Below are positions 26,844 through 29,411 of a stretch of DNA of 29,411 bases, piece by piece (positions within the stretch are counted from its first letter, which is position 1; every line of letters begins with the position of its first letter). This stretch comes from a virus. Lineage: Duplodnaviria > Caudoviricetes. The stretch spans positions 1 to 29,411 of the IMG/VR virus record IMGVR_UViG_3300012031_000056; one strand, 5' to 3'. The translations under genes were made by a program, and so were the position numbers. The notes beneath the pieces were generated by a model that was given only the letters and a program-made list of their open reading frames with translations, did not search any database and was not told where the DNA came from.

Positions 26844-27526
26844 ACCAACGCCTCAATCTCTGCATCTTCGTCGCTGCGCTCATCCGCCAGCATGGACGTC
26901 ACCAGTTCGGTCTCGCCGAAGGTGTCCTCAAGTTCCTGTATCTGAGATCCGGTCGCACTGTTCTGCATATTCTTGACCAGCGCAGCGTAGAGATCGCCTT
27001 GCAGTGCATCCACCAACTCCACGATGATGAGGCGGTGTTCGTCGCTCAGTTCCGACTGGCGCTCGATAGTCTCTGTCCACAGTTGGAGCGTGAACTTCAG
27101 GGTCTGGAAGGTGTCGCCGAGGACTTCCCTGATCTGCTCTGTGCGCCACAGTTCGCCCGCGTTTTCCTCCCACTTCTGGCGCTTCAACATGGCGTCCCAA
27201 ACCGCCTGCTGAAGAACCGCAGGGAGGTCGCCACGCTTCAGCGACCGCATGTATTCCTTGGTCGAGTAGGCGGGCGCGATCAGGTAGCGCGCAGCCACCT
27301 TGATATCGTAGAGCGCCACCTTCATCCTTGTGCCTCGGGTGCGGTTCTCTTTGATGGGGCAGTTGCGCAAGCGGTATCGAACAGTCGGCTCGGGCATCTC
27401 GAACGCCTGCACCAGCCACGGGATCGTCACGCCCTTGTTGACCCCGACCGTGTAGCCGCTCGCAGGTTCTGCAACCTGCACGTTGCTCTGCCGATGCAGG
27501 TCAAGCTGCTTTGCGAGGAGAGTCAT
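26840..27526 (-). CDS. Terminase small subunit (DUF1441-like)
   Basis: Directly upstream of TerL with ATGA overlap; RBS AAAGGA; LP..LQ...WDA..KR..WEE.AG.LWRT motif. Confidence 0.8.
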   Translation of the reverse strand: MTLLAKQLDLHRQSNVQVAEPASGYTVGVNKGVTIPWLVQAFEMPEPTVRYRLRNCPIKENRTRGTRMKVALYDIKVAARYLIAPAYSTKEYMRSLKRGDLPAVLQQAVWDAMLKRQKWEENAGELWRTEQIREVLGDTFQTLKFTLQLWTETIERQSELSDEHRLIIVELVDALQGDLYAALVKNMQNSATGSQIQELEDTFGETELVTSMLADERSDEDAEIEALV

Positions 27527-29054
27527 AAACGATCCTTTCGAGTCTGGCCTTCACGGCTCTTTTCAGGCGGTCTTCCGTCACCTTCCTCTCCCTCAACACG
27601 GGGAGGATGGTTTCATCTGCGGTGCCCTTGGCGACGATGTAGTGCATCATCACATGGTCACGCTTCTGGCCCGAACGGTGCAGCCTCTTGATGAACTGCT
27701 GGAATAGTTCGCTCGACCAGTTCAGTCCATACCAGACAGCGATATTCGATCCGAACTGAAAGTTCAGGCCGTGGCCCGCGCTGGCCGGGTGGATTAGCAG
27801 CATGGGGATTTTCCCCGCGTTCCAGTCACGCTTGTCCGACACGCTGTCACCGTAAAGGCGGCACTGCGGGAAACGCTTCAAGATGGCTTCCTTGTCGAAC
27901 TGGAAACTGTAGGCCACCAGCATAGGCTGCCCCATAGATTCCTGCACGATGGAATCGAGCGCGTCCAGCTTCAGCTTGTGGATCACCGTGGCTTCCCGAG
28001 GCAGGCGCTTGTCGGTGTCCTCATCGAACTTGATGTTTTCGTAGAGCGACCCGTTGGCGAACTGCAACAGCTTGCCGGTCAAGACGCCCGCGTTGACAGC
28101 TTCGATCATCTCTTTGTCGCCCGCGCGCGTCTGGATCTCCGTCGCCATCTCGCGCTCGAACTTCTTGTATTTCAGCATGATTGCCGGGGGGAGCCTGACA
28201 AGGTGGATGCGTTCGATCAGAGGCGGTAGCGTCAGGTAATCTTCTTCGCTCAGACTGAAGAACCTGTCCTTGATAGCCTCCATGATCTGTGCTTCCGCAC
28301 CGACGCGCGGCTCAACCCCGTAGGTGTATTTTTCCTCGATAAACCAGCGTTTCTTGTAGGCTGAGATATTCCGGCCCAGCCTCTCCCCGTTGTCCACGGC
28401 AAACATTGGTCCCCACAAGTCGATCAGCCCGTTGGGCGCAGGCGTCCCTGACAGGCCGACGAAACGTGGCGTGAACAAGTGGCACCGATAGATCACCCCG
28501 AGTTCAGTCATCCGGGGGTCGCCATAGGTTCCATCCGGGCGCTTGGCCGGGGTCGATTCCAACTTCCCGCCTTTCAAGCGGCTGACCTCATCGTAGATCA
28601 TCATGTCGAATTTCCAGCGACGGATGCCCAGATACTTCAGCAACCAGCGCAGGTTCTCCCGATTGATGATCGTGACCTCGCAGGGACCGTGGCGCAGCGC
28701 AGCGATCCGTTCCTCCACGGTCCCGGTCACGACCCGGTAGCGAAGGTGCCGCGCGAATGCCCACTTCTGGATTTCCTCAGGCCATGTCTCTTCGGCCACG
28801 CGCATGGGGGCGACGATCAGGACCGACTTGATATCGCCTGTGTCGAGCATCTCGGCGACAGCCTTCAAAGCTGCGGCGGTCTTGCCCAGACCGCACTCAG
28901 CGCCAAGCAGCAGGCGCGGCAGAGCCTTGATCTGCGACGTCATCCAGTTCTGGTAAGGCCGAAAGGTTGTGGCATCCATGATCTGATCGGGTGGCCCCCA
29001 GATCATCTCGATTGCCGATATATCGGTCAGGTGCTTTGGCAGGACTGTCTTCAT
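27501..29054 (-). CDS. SNF2-family helicase
   Basis: RPYQ, GLGKT, LIVAP, IYDEVS, GLSGTPAPNG, HPASAGHGLN.Q, RLHRSGQ. Confidence 0.95.
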   Translation of the reverse strand: MKTVLPKHLTDISAIEMIWGPPDQIMDATTFRPYQNWMTSQIKALPRLLLGAECGLGKTAAALKAVAEMLDTGDIKSVLIVAPMRVAEETWPEEIQKWAFARHLRYRVVTGTVEERIAALRHGPCEVTIINRENLRWLLKYLGIRRWKFDMMIYDEVSRLKGGKLESTPAKRPDGTYGDPRMTELGVIYRCHLFTPRFVGLSGTPAPNGLIDLWGPMFAVDNGERLGRNISAYKKRWFIEEKYTYGVEPRVGAEAQIMEAIKDRFFSLSEEDYLTLPPLIERIHLVRLPPAIMLKYKKFEREMATEIQTRAGDKEMIEAVNAGVLTGKLLQFANGSLYENIKFDEDTDKRLPREATVIHKLKLDALDSIVQESMGQPMLVAYSFQFDKEAILKRFPQCRLYGDSVSDKRDWNAGKIPMLLIHPASAGHGLNFQFGSNIAVWYGLNWSSELFQQFIKRLHRSGQKRDHVMMHYIVAKGTADETILPVLRERKVTEDRLKRAVKARLERIVYDSPRKAA

Positions 29055-29338
29055 CGCGGTCCACCGTTACTCAGCCCGAGGACGATCAGCGCGTCTTCGA
29101 CCGAGTCGCAAATGTGGACCTCGATACCAGCCTCACGCATTTTCCTGTGTTCCCTGACTTGATGCGCGTCAGGCGTTCCGCCCGGGCGCTTGAACTCGAT
29201 ATAAACCTGCCCGCGATCCTTGCGAGCAAACAGACGGTCAGGCGCACCGGCCCGACCAATCCACGATACCTTGCGGACGAAAAACCCCGCGCGCTCAGCA
29301 CGGAACACAACAGGGTTTTCGACCGCGTTTTCCCTCAC
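29051..29338 (-). CDS. VRR-NUC domain nuclease
   Basis: E..VE, GAPDRLF, IEFKRPG, Q...H (PD-(D/E)xK type); coupled to the helicase by ATGA. Confidence 0.92.
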   Translation of the reverse strand: MRENAVENPVVFRAERAGFFVRKVSWIGRAGAPDRLFARKDRGQVYIEFKRPGGTPDAHQVREHRKMREAGIEVHICDSVEDALIVLGLSNGGPR

Positions 29339-29409
29339 GAGCCGCTCGTATTAGGCGCAGGGGTGACAAACTCCACATTGCCTCTTTCGTCGTAGTGGAC
29401 AAGACGCTC
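29335..29409 (-). CDS. 3' end of an upstream gene, truncated by the window edge
   Basis: Open frame ERLVHYDERGNVEFVTPAPNTSGS* ends in a GTGA overlap with the VRR-NUC start. Confidence 0.45.
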   Translation of the reverse strand, partial: ERLVHYDERGNVEFVTPAPNTSGS

Positions 29410-29411
29410 CG

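Noticed and set aside
1-29411. Stop-codon reassignment, introns, inteins, tRNAs, integrase or att sites
   Set aside because: Core genes are intact and of plausible length under the standard code, TAA, TAG and TGA all end genes, and I saw no such signatures by eye.

Overview
The whole window is one minus-strand block from a tailed dsDNA siphophage. Right to left it reads: VRR-NUC nuclease, SNF2 helicase, terminase small and large (lambda GpA-type) subunits, gpW, lambda-type portal, S49 protease with a probable nested scaffold, decoration protein, major capsid, neck proteins, tail tube, chaperone pair with a -1 frameshift site, an 1833-aa tape measure carrying a GH24 lysozyme domain, tail-tip genes, a fibre/lectin module, and a lysis cassette. 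The gene order resembles Chi-like phages (Casjensviridae); an alphaproteobacterial host is an inference. The most unusual spot is 4828-5320. There an unlisted 36-codon ORF repeats the Gly/aromatic C-terminal motif of the tail-tip protein. It lies between a 95-aa beta-rich gene with its own putative promoter and a DUF2793-like fibre gene, and may be a second docking adaptor for the fibre. All family calls come from motif recognition by eye and gene order; no searches were run.
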